DNA of 63,821 bases, counting the filler, from Octopus bimaculoides (lineage: Eukaryota), in NCBI RefSeq assembly GCF_001194135.2. It is 7 parts of 7 records of this genome, joined end to end, with 100 filler letters (N's around TTAATTAATTAA, not from the genome) between each part and the next. Parts side by side here need not be neighbours in the genome. Positions count along the whole stretch, not along the records: positions 41,566 to 58,647 come from NC_069006.1; positions 58,748 to 62,339 come from NW_026307055.1; positions 62,440 to 63,821 come from NC_068991.1; 4 more parts are not named here. The stretch is one strand, 5' to 3'. Numbering within the stretch: the first letter of the stretch is position 1; each line of letters begins with the position of its first letter. Made by a program: the position numbers and the translations under genes. The notes under the pieces were generated by a model. The model did no database searches and was not told the DNA's origin. It was given only the letters and a program-made list of their open reading frames with translations. Positions 50,918-63,821 of this stretch are shown here, one piece after another.

Positions 50918-51477
50918 GATCGACTACCAGTACAGTATTGCATTCGTACTTTGCCTTTCATCCTTTTGAAGTCGATAAACTAAGTTGATCTGGGTTGGGT
51001 TAGAACTCAGGAGTTTGGAAACCTGTAGCAAATGCCAATTCACAACCATATGATAAATAATAGACAATCCAAGCGTGACCATTTATATTTTTTCCGTATG
51101 TGCAGTGACTCAGGAGCTCATTGCCCAAGATGTACAGTTTTATAAGACGGTAGATTGTGACTTGAGGGAGATTTGGCGGTTATTCGTTGCATACCCTACA
51201 ACCAAAGAACTAGTTCTTTCATTAGTTATCCACCCATATCTAGTGTAATGCGATGAATTTTGGAGCGAGTATACGATGGTGTGGTGTGTTTTGTGACTTG
51301 AGATTCGATATGGCTTCTTATATAATGTTGCTTCCGCTCCAACTTCCTGTGAACGAAGTCTGCTAGAATTTCTTATTTTAGTCTTCCATATACAAGTCTT
51401 CTGTGTGTTTTTAGTGGTTTTTAATGTGTCTATATAATGCTGAATAAACTTTTTCTCTTTTGTTTATTATTTTTCCT

Positions 51478-52273
51478 ATCTTTTACTTGTTTCAGCCATT
51501 TGACTATGGCCATCTTGGGGTATCGCCTTGAAGTGCTTTTCGTGGAACAAATCGGCCCCAAGCCCTACTTTTTTAAAGCTTACATCTTATTCTTTGGGTC
51601 TATTTTGCCAAACCGCAAAGTTAAAAGGATATAAACACACCAACACCGATTGTAAAGCGGTGGGTGGGGGACGAACATAGAGAAAGACACACACACACAT
51701 ATATACATATACATATATACGACGGTCCTATTTCAGTTTCCGTCTCCCGAATCCACTCACAAGGCTTTGGTCGGCCCGAGGCTATAGTTGAAGACACTTG
51801 CCCAAGATGCCACGCAGTGAGACTAAACCCTGAACCATGTTACTTTGTAAACAAAAGTAGCCCTTCACATACACACACACACACANNNNNNNNNNNNNNN
51901 NNNNNNNNNNNNNNNNNNNNNNNNNNNNNNNNNNNNNNNNNNNNNNNNNNNNNNNNNNNNNNNNNNNNNNNNNNNNNNNNNNNNNNNNNNNNNNNNNNNN
52001 NNNNNNNNNNNNNNNNNNNNNNNNNNNNNNNNNNNNNNNNNNNNNNNNNNNNNNNNNNNNNNNNNNNNNNNNNNNNNNNNNNNNNNATATATATATATAT
52101 ATATATATACGACAGGCTTCTTTCCGTTTCTGTCTACCAAATCCACTCACAAAGCTTTGATTGGCCCGAAGTTTTAGTAGTAGACATTTACCCACGGTGT
52201 CACGCCGTGGGTCTGGACCTGGAACCACGTGATTGAGAAACAAGCTTCTTATCACACTGTTACGCCTGCGCCT
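51478..52273 (-). mobile_element. two family C SINE copies
   Basis: Near-full copy at 51478-51845 and a 5' half at 52110-52273; the gap at 51886-52086 lies at the internal microsatellite position of the second. Confidence 0.85.
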
Positions 52274-52686
52274 TATGTTTACTTTTGTCTGGTGAATTCG
52301 TTATTTTCGCTGTTTGTGTTGGTATACATAGCTTCATCGGAGACAAAAACTCTTTAACCGGGAGAAAAAAAAAAGTTTGAAACGCCATTGTTATTTGTCT
52401 TAATACTGTGGACAGCAAACTGCACTAAGATACCTTAATTACACCAGGGTTTTCTGGGGTGCCTGGATTTGCGCCGATCTTAAACAACCGGACGACCTCT
52501 AGTCTAGACATATCATCACAGCTGTTTTATTGTTTCATTGATCTCAGAAGATCACAAACTCTTCGTGTCAAAAGTACGAATTGGATATACAAGCCAGAAT
52601 TATCAATAATGCTTTGATACACCTTTCACAAAAAGAAACCACATGAGTAGTCTTCGGTACAGTTTTTTGATAGGTCTTATTTATCC

Positions 52687-52728
<42 letters not shown>

Positions 52729-53501
52729 NNNNNNNNNNNNNNNNNNNNNNNNNNNNNNNNNNNNNNNNNNNNNNNNNNNNNNNNNNNNNNNNNNNNNNNN
52801 NNNNNNNNNNNNNNNNNNNNNNNNNNNNNNNNNNNNNNNNNNNNNNNNNNNNNNNNNNNNNNNNNNNNNNNNNNNNNNNNNNNNNNNNNNNNNNNNNNNN
52901 NNNNNNNNNNNNNNNNNNNNNNNNNNNNNNNNNNNNNNNNNNNNNNNNNNNNNNNNNNNNNNNNNNNNNNNNNNNNNNNNNNNNNNNNNNNNNNNNNNNN
53001 NNNNNNNNNNNNNNNNNNNNNNNNNNNNNNNNNNNNNNNNNNNNNNNNNNNNNNNNNNNNNNNNNNNNNNNNNNNNNNNNNNNNNNNNNNNNNNNNNNNN
53101 NNNNNNNNNNNNNNNNNNNNNNNNNNNNNNNNNNNNNNNNNNNNNNNNNNNNNNNNNNNNNNNNNNNNNNNNNNNNNNNNNNNNNNNNNNNNNNNNNNNN
53201 NNNNNNNNNNNNNNNNNNNNNNNNNNNNNNNNNNNNNNNNNNNNNNNNNNNNNNNNNNNNNNNNNNNNNNNNNNNNNNNNNNNNNNNNNNNNNNNNNNNN
53301 NNNNNNNNNNNNNNNNNNNNNNNNNNNNNNNNNNNNNNNNNNNNNNNNNNNNNNNNNNNNNNNNNNNNNNNNNNNNNNNNNNNNNNNNNNNNNNNNNNNN
53401 NNNNNNNNNNNNNNNNNNNNNNNNNNNNNNNNNNNNNNNNNNNNNNNNNNNNNNNNNNNNNNNNNNNNNNNNNNNNNNNNNNNNNNNNNNNNNNNNNNNN
53501 N

Positions 53502-53543
<42 letters not shown>

Positions 53544-54145
53544 TTCAGGCTGGAAAAAAATATGTATCTGACGTAATCACCATACATACAAAACTGCATT
53601 TGAAATCCCCATGGGTGAGAAAAGCATGAAATGGAATGTTTGTATCTCTCTGCTTCTGCATCTCTCTCTCTCTCTCTCTCTAAATATAATACTTCCTATT
53701 TAATTTTCTTTGGCATTTACATATTCACTCCCACCACCACCACCACTACTACTACTATTACTATGGCTACTTCACTTCAACTGCAACCACTTCAACTACT
53801 ACTACACGTACAATTCAAAAGTAGAATACGTTGCTGTACTCACTAATACTCCCAATATGTGTACTCTGCACTATCAGAGTACGTCTTTATTCGATGAAGA
53901 GACGTCTGTCCTAAGCATAGATTTTTACCCCCAGCCTCGCGACCAGTCAATTTATTCCATTTTTGAATTGTCTTTACTCACTAATTGCCGACAAATACAT
54001 CACTAATTACCGCCATACGCACTGCTTTGTTAATTACAGCTTGTTACTATGTGCATATTGTGACTTATTTCATTGCTACAGAAAGTTATATAATTACTAG
54101 CTCTCTCTGCCTTTCTATCTGTCTGAATATAATTGGGGGGGGGGC

Positions 54146-54306
54146 ACAGACATTGATTATGGTAAGAGGCTTGCTTCCCAACCGCATGGTTCCGGGTTCA
54201 GTTCCACTGTATGGCACCTTGGTCAAGTGTCTTCTGCTATAGCCTCGAGCCGACCAAAGCCTTCAGTGAATCTGGTAGACGGCAACTGATAGAAGTCCGT
54301 CGTATA
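54146..54306 (+). mobile_element. family C SINE, 5' half
   Basis: GGTTCCGGGTTCAGTTCCACTG..GGCACCTTGGTCAAGTGTCTTCTGCTATAGCCTCG; followed by a gap. Confidence 0.88.
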
Positions 54307-55189
54307 TATATCTTTGCGTCNNNNNNNNNNNNNNNNNNNNNNNNNNNNNNNNNNNNNNNNNNNNNNNNNNNNNNNNNNNNNNNNNNNNNNNNNNNNNNNN
54401 NNNNNNNNNNNNNNNNNNNNNNNNNNNNNNNNNNNNNNNNNNNNNNNNNNNNNNNNNNNNNNNNNNNNNNNNNNNNNNNNTATATATATAGTCCATTAGT
54501 ATATATGGCGGTGGACGTTTGGACATATATATATATCGGTGGTCTTTTGAGAACATGATAGAGGACTTTGGGGTTCTGCAATAAAATATCTTCAATGCAT
54601 TGATTTTGAGCTCTATCCTTTAAGAGACATGTATACATATATATATACAAAAACTCAACTGTGAGCTTTTTGCTAAGACTGTTAACAGGTACTATATGTA
54701 TTTTGTAAAATTTGTTTTATAAAAGTATATATTTAATATATATATATATTAATTATAAATAGATGGTTGGATAGGGAAACGTAGTGGTAGACTTTTGGGA
54801 CACATGCGTATTGCGAATCTTCATGACATATTGTGCGAGATTTTTTTACAAATATGATTTTGCACTTTTGGAACCCTATTACGTACTTGGAAATATATTT
54901 AAAGTATATTTGGAAATATATTCAACTTTAGATATATAGTGTTGCATTTTCGGAAGCGCTTTTAAACGTACACTACTGCACATTTGGAAATAAAATGATA
55001 CACATTTCAATGAATACTGCAGGAAAGCTGCACGTATATTGCTGCAATGATGCACTTTTAGAAATATAGCATTACAGTCACATGTTTCATATTTCATTAT
55101 GCTTTCTTGGCATCTTGAAATTGCATCAGCAATATTGAAAATCAAAAGTAATATATAACAATTCTAAACATCTGAAGGATAGCTATTAC

Positions 55190-55875
55190 CCGGTCGCGTC
55201 ACTGTGCCAGTTAGAAATAGCAGCTAAATTTAACTGAAATCACATTTTGTCATCTTAGAAAGGGCCAGTTGGAATGATATGATTATATTTTTTTGCTTAT
55301 GTATATGGAGAGAGATCTAGAGATAGATGCAGACAGGTTGTTTTGTCACGGCCGGAACGTCTTCGATCATAGATTTCGTGACTCAGACCTGAGACGTCTA
55401 AATGGTCCATCAAATTTCACACGATGTGAGTTAATAATGAATGAAAGGATACATCAAACAATGTGATCTTATTTGCCTTTAAAAATGCGTGATGGTCATG
55501 TTTGGAATCGTTTTGGAACTAGGTTTGCTCAAACAGTTTAACCTGTAGCATCCACCGCCACTACACACAATCGCTAACCACAGGGAGTCACTTGAGAGAC
55601 TCACTTACTAGAAATAGCAGTCAAATGTCGTTCATGTCACAGCTTATGGTGTTAGAAAAGAATGTGGTCCTGGATTTCTTGTACTTATAGGATCGTCACG
55701 AGTGGAATGTCTTTGATCATAGGTTTGCGGCTTGATCAGGGCTGACCTGGGCTAAACTACAAACCTCAGGAACCTCCCGTACAAACCATCTCCAACCTTA
55801 ACGCCGTAAGGTATTAACTACCATTAAAGCCAACGAAGGAACCTTTGTATGGTTGCCGAACAGCTAGAAATAGCA
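55190..55875 (+). mobile_element. cluster of family D repeats (unclassified, SINE-like)
   Basis: CTAGAAATAGCAG..AAAT..GGAATGTCTTTGATCATAGGT..GGGCTGACCTGGG.CTAAAC recurs here and at about 43100-43275 (+), 48340-48400 (-) and 51070-51185 (-). Confidence 0.6.
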
Positions 55876-56733
55876 TCTTGGAATTATGTGCTCCTTAGGC
55901 AGGGTGGTCATCATGCCTATAACAAGCTGTGTTCGTGGATTTTATGCAATCGGGACTGATATAAAACTGAACATCAAAATCAACCCCGTTATGAATAACG
56001 ACAGCACACACATACATACACGCATATATGCAGTCATTCACGTAACTTTATATCTATTACAAATAACCAATTTTTTTTACTTCTTATCCTGGAATATCTT
56101 CATTAGGGATTTACCTTTCTCTATCGAACGTTGAATTTGGGGACGAAACTGCAAGAATCAGCAACTCCACCACCGCAGAAGCAATTCGCAAACAATTCGC
56201 AAGCTCAACATGAACTAGCATTAATATCTCTATCTCCTCCTCGAGATATACAACCACCACAAACTTTATATCCCTTGTCCATTAATCATTAATCATCTAT
56301 CCTCGTCTTCATTCTTTATCATTCATAACCTACAATAACATGCATCTTTGCTCATTCAACATTTACATCTTCTCCAGAAATTCTTTCGTTCTGCTTTCAA
56401 TGAATAAAGGTTTTTTTTCTTTCTTACATTTATGAATAGAGCACTAGAATTTAAAATAAAATATTGAATTCGATTCAATAGATGTCTTATTTTAGAAATT
56501 ATTTCATTTTTTTTTATTTATCTTAATTTTGTATTTTTCTTCATTTGAATTTATTGTTACATCGGTATATTAGAGACTTAGCATGCTTTTATTTATATAT
56601 CAAATATACACATACGTGTGTTTGTATGTAATTGATATACTTATGTGTGTGAATGTATATATATTTTATATACTCATACCAACATATGTTTATATCAAAA
56701 TATATATGCATGCTTTTGTATTGTATAATATAC

Positions 56734-56787
<54 letters not shown>

Positions 56788-57731
56788 NNNNNNNNNNNNN
56801 NNNNNNNNNNNNNNNNNNNNNNNNNNNNNNNNNNNNNNNNNNNNNNNNNNNNNNNNNNNNNNNNNNNNNNNNNNNNNNNNNNNNNNNNNNNNNNNNNNNN
56901 NNNNNNNNNNNNNNNNNNNNNNNNNNNNNNNNNNNNNNNNNNNNNNNNNNNNNNNNNNNNNNNNNNNNNNNNNNNNNNNNNNNNNNNNNNNNNNNNNNNN
57001 NNNNNNNNNNNNNNNNNNNNNNNNNNNNNNNNNNNNNNNNNNNNNNNNNNNNNNNNNNNNNNNNNNNNNNNNNNNNNNNNNNNNNNNNNNNNNNNNNNNN
57101 NNNNNNNNNNNNNNNNNNNNNNNNNNNNNNNNNNNNNNNNNNNNNNNNNNNNNNNNNNNNNNNNNNNNNNNNNNNNNNNNNNNNNNNNNNNNNNNNNNNN
57201 NNNNNNNNNNNNNNNNNNNNNNNNNNNNNNNNNNNNNNNNNNNNNNNNNNNNNNNNNNNNNNNNNNNNNNNNNNNNNNNNNNNNNNNNNNNNNNNNNNNN
57301 NNNNNNNNNNNNNNNNNNNNNNNNNNNNNNNNNNNNNNNNNNNNNNNNNNNNNNNNNNNNNNNNNNNNNNNNNNNNNNNNNNNNNNNNNNNNNNNNNNNN
57401 NNNNNNNNNNNNNNNNNNNNNNNNNNNNNNNNNNNNNNNNNNNNNNNNNNNNNNNNNNNNNNNNNTATATATACGTATATATACACACACACACCCCTTT
57501 CACTGTATATCTTTCCCTTCTATTTAATATCGGCTATTAATATTTTTCGTTGTGATAATTAATAATAATCCTGTTTTTCATATTTTTCGTTTGTAGTTTT
57601 AGTCGTATGTTTATTATTATTTCTATTATTATTATCATTTTTATTATTATTATTTACTTTTTAAAATCCCTAAAATCCTAACAAGTATCGTGTTAATTTC
57701 TTTAATGAAATATTTAGTCACATTTTACCCC

Positions 57732-57768
<37 letters not shown>

Positions 57769-58116
57769 TCTGGCTCTCCTCGTCACAATGGTCAATTAAA
57801 TATAATGTATATCATGCAACCTACCTCCTGCATCGCTGTTTTTTTTCCCGCTGTAGGCGTGTTTGCATTGTGTTCTTCAGCAAGATATTCAACTCCACAT
57901 TGCCCTTAAGGCTGTTTTTATGTCTAGTATAGTAGTAGTAGTAGTAGTAGTAGTAGTAGCTGTAGTAGTAACTGTAGCAATAGTAGTTTTTGGTAGTCCT
58001 TCCCCATTTCAAATTCGTTAAAATTTTTTACTGATTCGTTTTATTTTTGTTTAATTAATTATTTTTTTCTTTTTTGAAGTTTTTAATTATTTGTTTATTT
58101 ATTTTGCATGTTCTTC

Positions 58117-58168
<52 letters not shown>

Positions 58169-58235
58169 TGCTTTTATACCTTTGTTGAAACTGCTCTCAG
58201 ATAAATTTTGGTACTAGTGATTTTAATATTGGTGG

Positions 58236-58270
<35 letters not shown>

Positions 58271-58691
58271 GTAGTAGTAGCAGTGGTGGGGGTGTTATTT
58301 GATGCAGGTAGTAATATTAAAACCACAAAGTCAATGTAAATTAATTGAAAGCATGTAGCGGGTGGCCGTATTCTATACTCCATTATTCACTAAGTTCCTT
58401 CCGCATCATGAAGATATTCTTGTACAAATTAAATAGAAATGAGGATGGGATCGATGATAGCGACTAATACCCTCTCCCCCCCCCACCCACCTACCCCACA
58501 CAAAATTGCTGGTCATGTGTCAAAATTTGTAAAAATCTATTAATATTATTAGGCCAACGAGCTGGCAGAAAAGCAGTATTTCGTCCGTCTTACGTTCTGT
58601 CGAAGTTGACTTTGTCTTCCATCCTTTCTGGATTATAAAATAAGTACNNNNNNNNNNNNNNNNNNNNNNNNNNNNNNNNNNNNNNNNNNNN

Positions 58692-58703
58692 TTAATTAAT
58701 TAA
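58692..58703. other. artificial scaffold linker
   Basis: 44N-TTAATTAATTAA-44N. Confidence 0.97.
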
Positions 58704-58784
58704 NNNNNNNNNNNNNNNNNNNNNNNNNNNNNNNNNNNNNNNNNNNNGGATACATAGATAGAGGGCTATCTGCCTGGCTACCTT

Positions 58785-58917
58785 GATATGTAGGTAGGTA
58801 GGTAGGTAGGTAGGTAGGTAGGTAGGTAGGTAGGTGGATAGATAAATCTTATAGACATGTAGGTAGATAGATAGATAGATAGATAGATCTAATAGACATG
58901 TAGGTAGATAGATATAC

Positions 58918-58949
<32 letters not shown>

Positions 58950-59022
58950 GAAGTAGATAAATAGATCAATTGAAGGATGGTAGATAGATAAGTAGGGTCT
59001 AGATCGATCGATAGATAGATAA

Positions 59023-59056
<34 letters not shown>

Positions 59057-59117
59057 GAAGTAGATAAATAGATCAAATTGAAGGATGGTAGATAGATAAG
59101 TAGGGTCTAGATCGATC

Positions 59118-59160
<43 letters not shown>
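58785..59160. repeat. (TAGG)n/(GATA)n satellite with a 107-bp higher-order duplication
   Basis: GATGAAGTAGATAAATAGATCAA(A)TTGAAGGATGG..GGGTCTAGATCGATCG at 58947 and 59054. Confidence 0.9.
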
Positions 59161-59161
<1 letters not shown>

Positions 59162-59585
59162 CTCTCCTCCGGTTAGGTTACAATCCAGATATGCATCTTT
59201 TATATCTTCCAGCAATTCTTATAATCGCATTCATCTATCAAACTTTGAGGCGTTTCTTCCGAGAAAGATACTTAAAATTGTCAAACCTATCAAACCCGCA
59301 TGTCATGGAATATATGATGTGACTTCCGGTGATAATGGCTTTTCGCTGTCTTCACTTTCTGAGTGGACCGAATTTTGTCTTCGAAAGTAAGTGTGAAAAC
59401 AACGGGCATGTTTCGGTATCATTAAGCCTTTTTAGCGAATCACTCACACGTGGGTATGTATGTATGTATGTATGTATGTAGTATGTGTTGGCACTGGAGA
59501 GTGGGATTGAGAGCATAATGCCCAAAGCATTCGGTCGTTCAATCACATTTCAGACAATGTATATATACATACATATCTATGTGTG

Positions 59586-59963
59586 TGTTGGCACCGTCAC
59601 TTACGACGACGAGGGTTCCAGTTGATCCGATCAACGGAACAGCCTGCTCGTGAAATTAACGTGCAAGTGGCTGAGCACTCCACAGACACGTGTACCCTTA
59701 ACGTAGTTAACGGGGATATTCAGCGTGGCACACAGTGTGACAAGGCTGACCCTTTGAATTACAGGCACAACAGAAACAGGAAGTGTGAGAGAAAGTTGTG
59801 GTGAAAGAGTACAGCAGGGTTCGCCACCATCCCCTGCCGGAGCCTCGTGGAGCATTTAGGTGTTTTCGCTCAATAAACACTCACAACGCCTGGTCTGGGA
59901 ATCGAAACCGCGATCCTATGACCGCGAGTCCGCTGCCCTAACCACTGGGCCATTGCGCCTCCA
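59586..59963 (-). mobile_element. family B SINE, full length
   Basis: Reverse complement of 27182-27567 with few differences. Confidence 0.93.
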
Positions 59964-59986
59964 GGTATACACACATATATACACAC

Positions 59987-60098
<112 letters not shown>

Positions 60099-60425
60099 TG
60101 GGAGAGGTGTTGGTGATGGGTGTTGAGTGCAGGAGAGACGAGTGGAAACCGACTTCCGCCACGATCGGAAACCGATTGGCAGAAAAAGACTCACATTGTC
60201 TGGCGATGCATTTTGCTTAGATTGCTGTAGTTTTCGGCAAGATTGATTAATTATATCAATCGGAATGCACTGAAGCATGAAGTATCAACAGCAGCAGTAG
60301 CAGCAGTTGAGTGTTGAGTGTTGAGTTTCAGTGAAGTTGAAGCGGTATTGAGTGAATGGTGGAAGTTTGGAAGGTGAGACGGAAGTAACGGTTTATGGAG
60401 TTGAATGGAGTGGAGTTGAGTGGAG

Positions 60426-60483
60426 TGGAGAGCTGAGTAGGAAGTTATGTGAGTTGGAGAGCTGAGTAGGAAGTTGTGTGAGT
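60426..60483. repeat. 2 x 29-bp tandem repeat
   Basis: TGGAGAGCTGAGTAGGAAGTT(A/G)TGTGAGT. Confidence 0.9.
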
Positions 60484-60664
60484 TGGAGTGCAACTATGAA
60501 CTTGAGTGGGAGTGAATATGTATATATATATATATATACATATATATTTACACGCATTTACATATACATATCTATGCTTATACACACTCTCTCTCTCTCA
60601 CACACCCACATAGTATACATATGTGTGTATGTACATAAGTACCTACGTATATATATATACATAT

Positions 60665-60724
<60 letters not shown>

Positions 60725-61433
60725 NNNNNNNNNNNNNNNNNNNNNNNNNNNNNNNNNNNNNNNNNNNNNNNNNNNNNNNNNNNNNNNNNNNNNNNNNNNN
60801 NNNNNNNNNNNNNNNNNNNNNNNNNNNNNNNNNNNNNNNNNNNNNNNNNNNNNNNNNNNNNNNNNNNNNNNNNNNNNNNNNNNNNNNNNNNNNNNNNNNN
60901 NNNNNNNNNNNNNNNNNNNNNNNNNNNNNNNNNNNNNNNNNNNNNNNNNNNNNNNNNNNNNNNNNNNNNNNNNNNNNNNNNNNNNNNNNNNNNNNNNNNN
61001 NNNNNNNNNNNNNNNNNNNNNNNNNNNNNNNNNNNNNNNNNNNNNNNNNNNNNNNNNNNNNNNNNNNNNNNNNNNNNNNNNNNNNNNNNNNNNNNNNNNN
61101 NNNNNNNNNNNNNNNNNNNNNNNNNNNNNNNNNNNNNNNNNNNNNNNNNNNNNNNNNNNNNNNNNNNNNNNNNNNNNNNNNNNNATATATATATATATAT
61201 ATATACACACTGATATGTACACACACACACACACACTCGCACATATATATATACACACCTACATATATACACACTGTATAACCTTCAAGAAACACTGAAG
61301 GAGGCGGAAATATAAGGAAGAGGAAGACAGAGACGTAAAGAGACTATCATAAAAGAGAGTGAGAGAGAGAGTGAGAAGATAGTTCGATAGACAGAAGGAA
61401 AAGGATTTAAGAAGAGAGGGTGGAGGAGACAGA

Positions 61434-61465
<32 letters not shown>

Positions 61466-61552
61466 ATGCGAGATTCATGGTGATGTGAGAAAGAGGGGAT
61501 AAGTGCGAAAGGGAATGTAAAAGTGTAGACTGAAGGAGAGACTAGAGTGTAT

Positions 61553-61589
<37 letters not shown>

Positions 61590-62004
61590 TGAGACAGACA
61601 GAGAAAGTGAGACAGACAGACAGAGAGAGACAGACAGAGAAAGAGAGTATGAGAACTCAGATGAGAGAAAGCGATCGGAGAGAGAGAGTGAGAGGGAGTG
61701 TGAGACTAAGAGGATAAGGTAGAACGAAAGAATCTCTAAAAGAGACGTAAAAGAGTCGGAAATGAGAGAGAAGGAGAAAACCCAACAAAGCCACCCAGTC
61801 GTACATCACCGCCACCACAAACACCCCACCATCAGCGTTAAAACAATAAACAACGATAGCTGTGTTTTGTCAACAGCAGAACATGTGCGCGAACGGAAGC
61901 GGGTGTGGGGGGAAAGGTGATAGCGAAAGCGAAAGTGAAAGTAAACGAAATTGACAACTGTTAGACACACAAACGACACGTGGTACTATTGTCAATATCG
62001 TTGT

Positions 62005-62320
62005 CAGTAAGAGTCGTTAGAGCGTCGGACAAAATGCTTCGCGGTAGCTCGTTCAATCTCTTTATGTCCGCAGTTCAAATAGCGCCTACCTCAGCTTTGG
62101 CTTTCATCCCTTAGGGGGTCGATGAAATCCCAGTCGAGTACTTGAGTCGATGTAATTGACCCGCCCCATGCCCTTTAAAATTGCTGATTTCGTGCCCAAA
62201 TCACAATCTAAGGGTTGCGTTTTGGCAGAATCGCTGGAAACATTCTTCCCGGTTCTTTACCACTCGGGTTCAAATTCCGCCGAGGTCACCTTTGTGCTTG
62301 CCATTAGCCACGAGGCTACG
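62005..62320 (+). mobile_element. two diverged family A SINE copies
   Basis: AGTTCAAATAGC..GGGGTCGATGAAAT..GATGTAATTGAC, then TGGCAGAATCG..GGTTCAAATTCCGCCGAGGTC. Confidence 0.75.
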
Positions 62321-62383
62321 CTTCGCGCCCATCAAACATNNNNNNNNNNNNNNNNNNNNNNNNNNNNNNNNNNNNNNNNNNNN

Positions 62384-62395
62384 TTAATTAATTAA
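62384..62395. other. artificial scaffold linker
   Basis: 44N-TTAATTAATTAA-44N. Confidence 0.97.
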
Positions 62396-63577
62396 NNNNN
62401 NNNNNNNNNNNNNNNNNNNNNNNNNNNNNNNNNNNNNNNTATATATATACATACATACATATAGATATACATACGTACATACATACATGTATACACATAT
62501 TGCGATGTGGAGATGCGGATTTTCTTAGATTGGCCCAATGTTTCATTACTATGTATGGCTTTATTATCGGTTAAATAGGATGAATGTTTAAGTTTAATAA
62601 ATCTTGAAATGTTATTTGCGAATAATAAATTTACTAGAAAAATGAGTTTTGAATATCTAGTTATACTAACAGCTAGCAATTTCGTTTAGTCGGTAGGATT
62701 CTTCAGAATTGCATGTATACATATAATTGGAATAATAAATGTATATAAACAAGGATGTATATTGATATATATATATGTGGATGTTTGAATTTCTGCGTAT
62801 GCATGTGTATGTAATGATCCGTATGGTTAATCCGGTGCTTATATTGTGTTTGTTGTTACGTAGATGTATTCATTTATGTACATCTGCGGAGGTCTCTAGT
62901 GTATTATAAGTGGATAAGAATGAAGACGTTTAAAATGGATATTTCTTATTATGTATACATCACTGATGTAAATATATACACATATATTTATTTACATGTG
63001 CAAATTTACACACAAATACATATATATACAAGCAAACACACACGCACACACATATATATGTATACGTTTGTGAGTATTTTGAGTGTGTATGTATATCTGT
63101 ATGCAAGTATGTATATGTATGTAAATATGTATGCATGAATATATACACACATTTTCTTTAGTAAAATATGTTTATCTAACACAAGCTCGGAATGCTGAAG
63201 CTGTACTCCTATGCATGGAATTGTTTGTTTTATTTTCATTTACGTCAGTGCAAATTGTAAATAGCTGCAGTTGTATTTCTTATACAGCAGATAACAAAAG
63301 GGAAAAATAAGTTTCAGCTCGCGTAATCCCAATAAAAGGAAATTTATTTAAAATAAACAACAAAAAATAAAAGAAGAATTCAATGTTGTGCAAACCCTAC
63401 AAACCCACTAGGAAAAAAACGAATAAAAACTCCGTGTAATAACAAATGACTAGAATATTATAGGAAGATAAGGTTATATATTTCTCTGGTGCGCGATAAT
63501 AGTAATATTAAAAAAATAATGATGATAATAAAAATAAAAATAAAGGAAGTATTAGTTTTAGTCCTCGTAGTAATGGT

Positions 63578-63776
63578 AGAAGAAGAAGAAGAAGAAGAAG
63601 AAGAAGAAGAAGGAGAAGAAGAAAAAGAAGAAGAAGAAGAAGAAGAAGAAGAAGAAGAAGAAGAATGAGGAGGAGAAGAAGAAGAAGAAGAAGAAGAAGA
63701 AGAAGAAGAATGAGAAGAAGAAGAAGAAGAAGAACAAGAAGAACAAGAAGAACAAGAAGAACAAGAAGAACAAGAA

Positions 63777-63821
<45 letters not shown>
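63578..63821. repeat. (GAA)n grading into (GAACAAGAA)n, then (AAT)n
   Basis: Directly visible. Confidence 0.97.

Overview
Repeat-saturated, AT-rich eukaryotic DNA, most likely intronic or intergenic Octopus sequence. The organism is an inference from the tRNA-derived SINE families and the extreme (AT)n/(CA)n/(TATC)n/(TATG)n load. About 7 kb is N. Six identical 44N-TTAATTAATTAA-44N spacers show that at least seven separately assembled pieces were joined artificially. I cannot support any intact protein-coding gene; nearly all long ORFs in the track are microsatellite or N artefacts. What can be supported: (i) at least five dispersed SINE-like families, some with target-site duplications (TSDs); (ii) decayed transposase/RT fragments, several missed by the ORF track: two DD37D (maT-type) copies, a DD34D mariner, a second mariner N-terminus, a CR1/L2-type LINE 3' end, an RTE RT fragment and an R4/Dong-type restriction-like endonuclease; (iii) several minisatellites. 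Best leads: a 363-bp TSD-flanked fold-back element carrying a Penelope-type minimal hammerhead ribozyme motif on each strand (28050-28412); a LINE 3' end sharing its hairpin tail with the most abundant SINE, suggesting a LINE-SINE partner pair (37188-37500); and a 33-bp minisatellite whose conserved positions spell STAT (TTCN3GAA) and kappaB-like sites (19905-20615).
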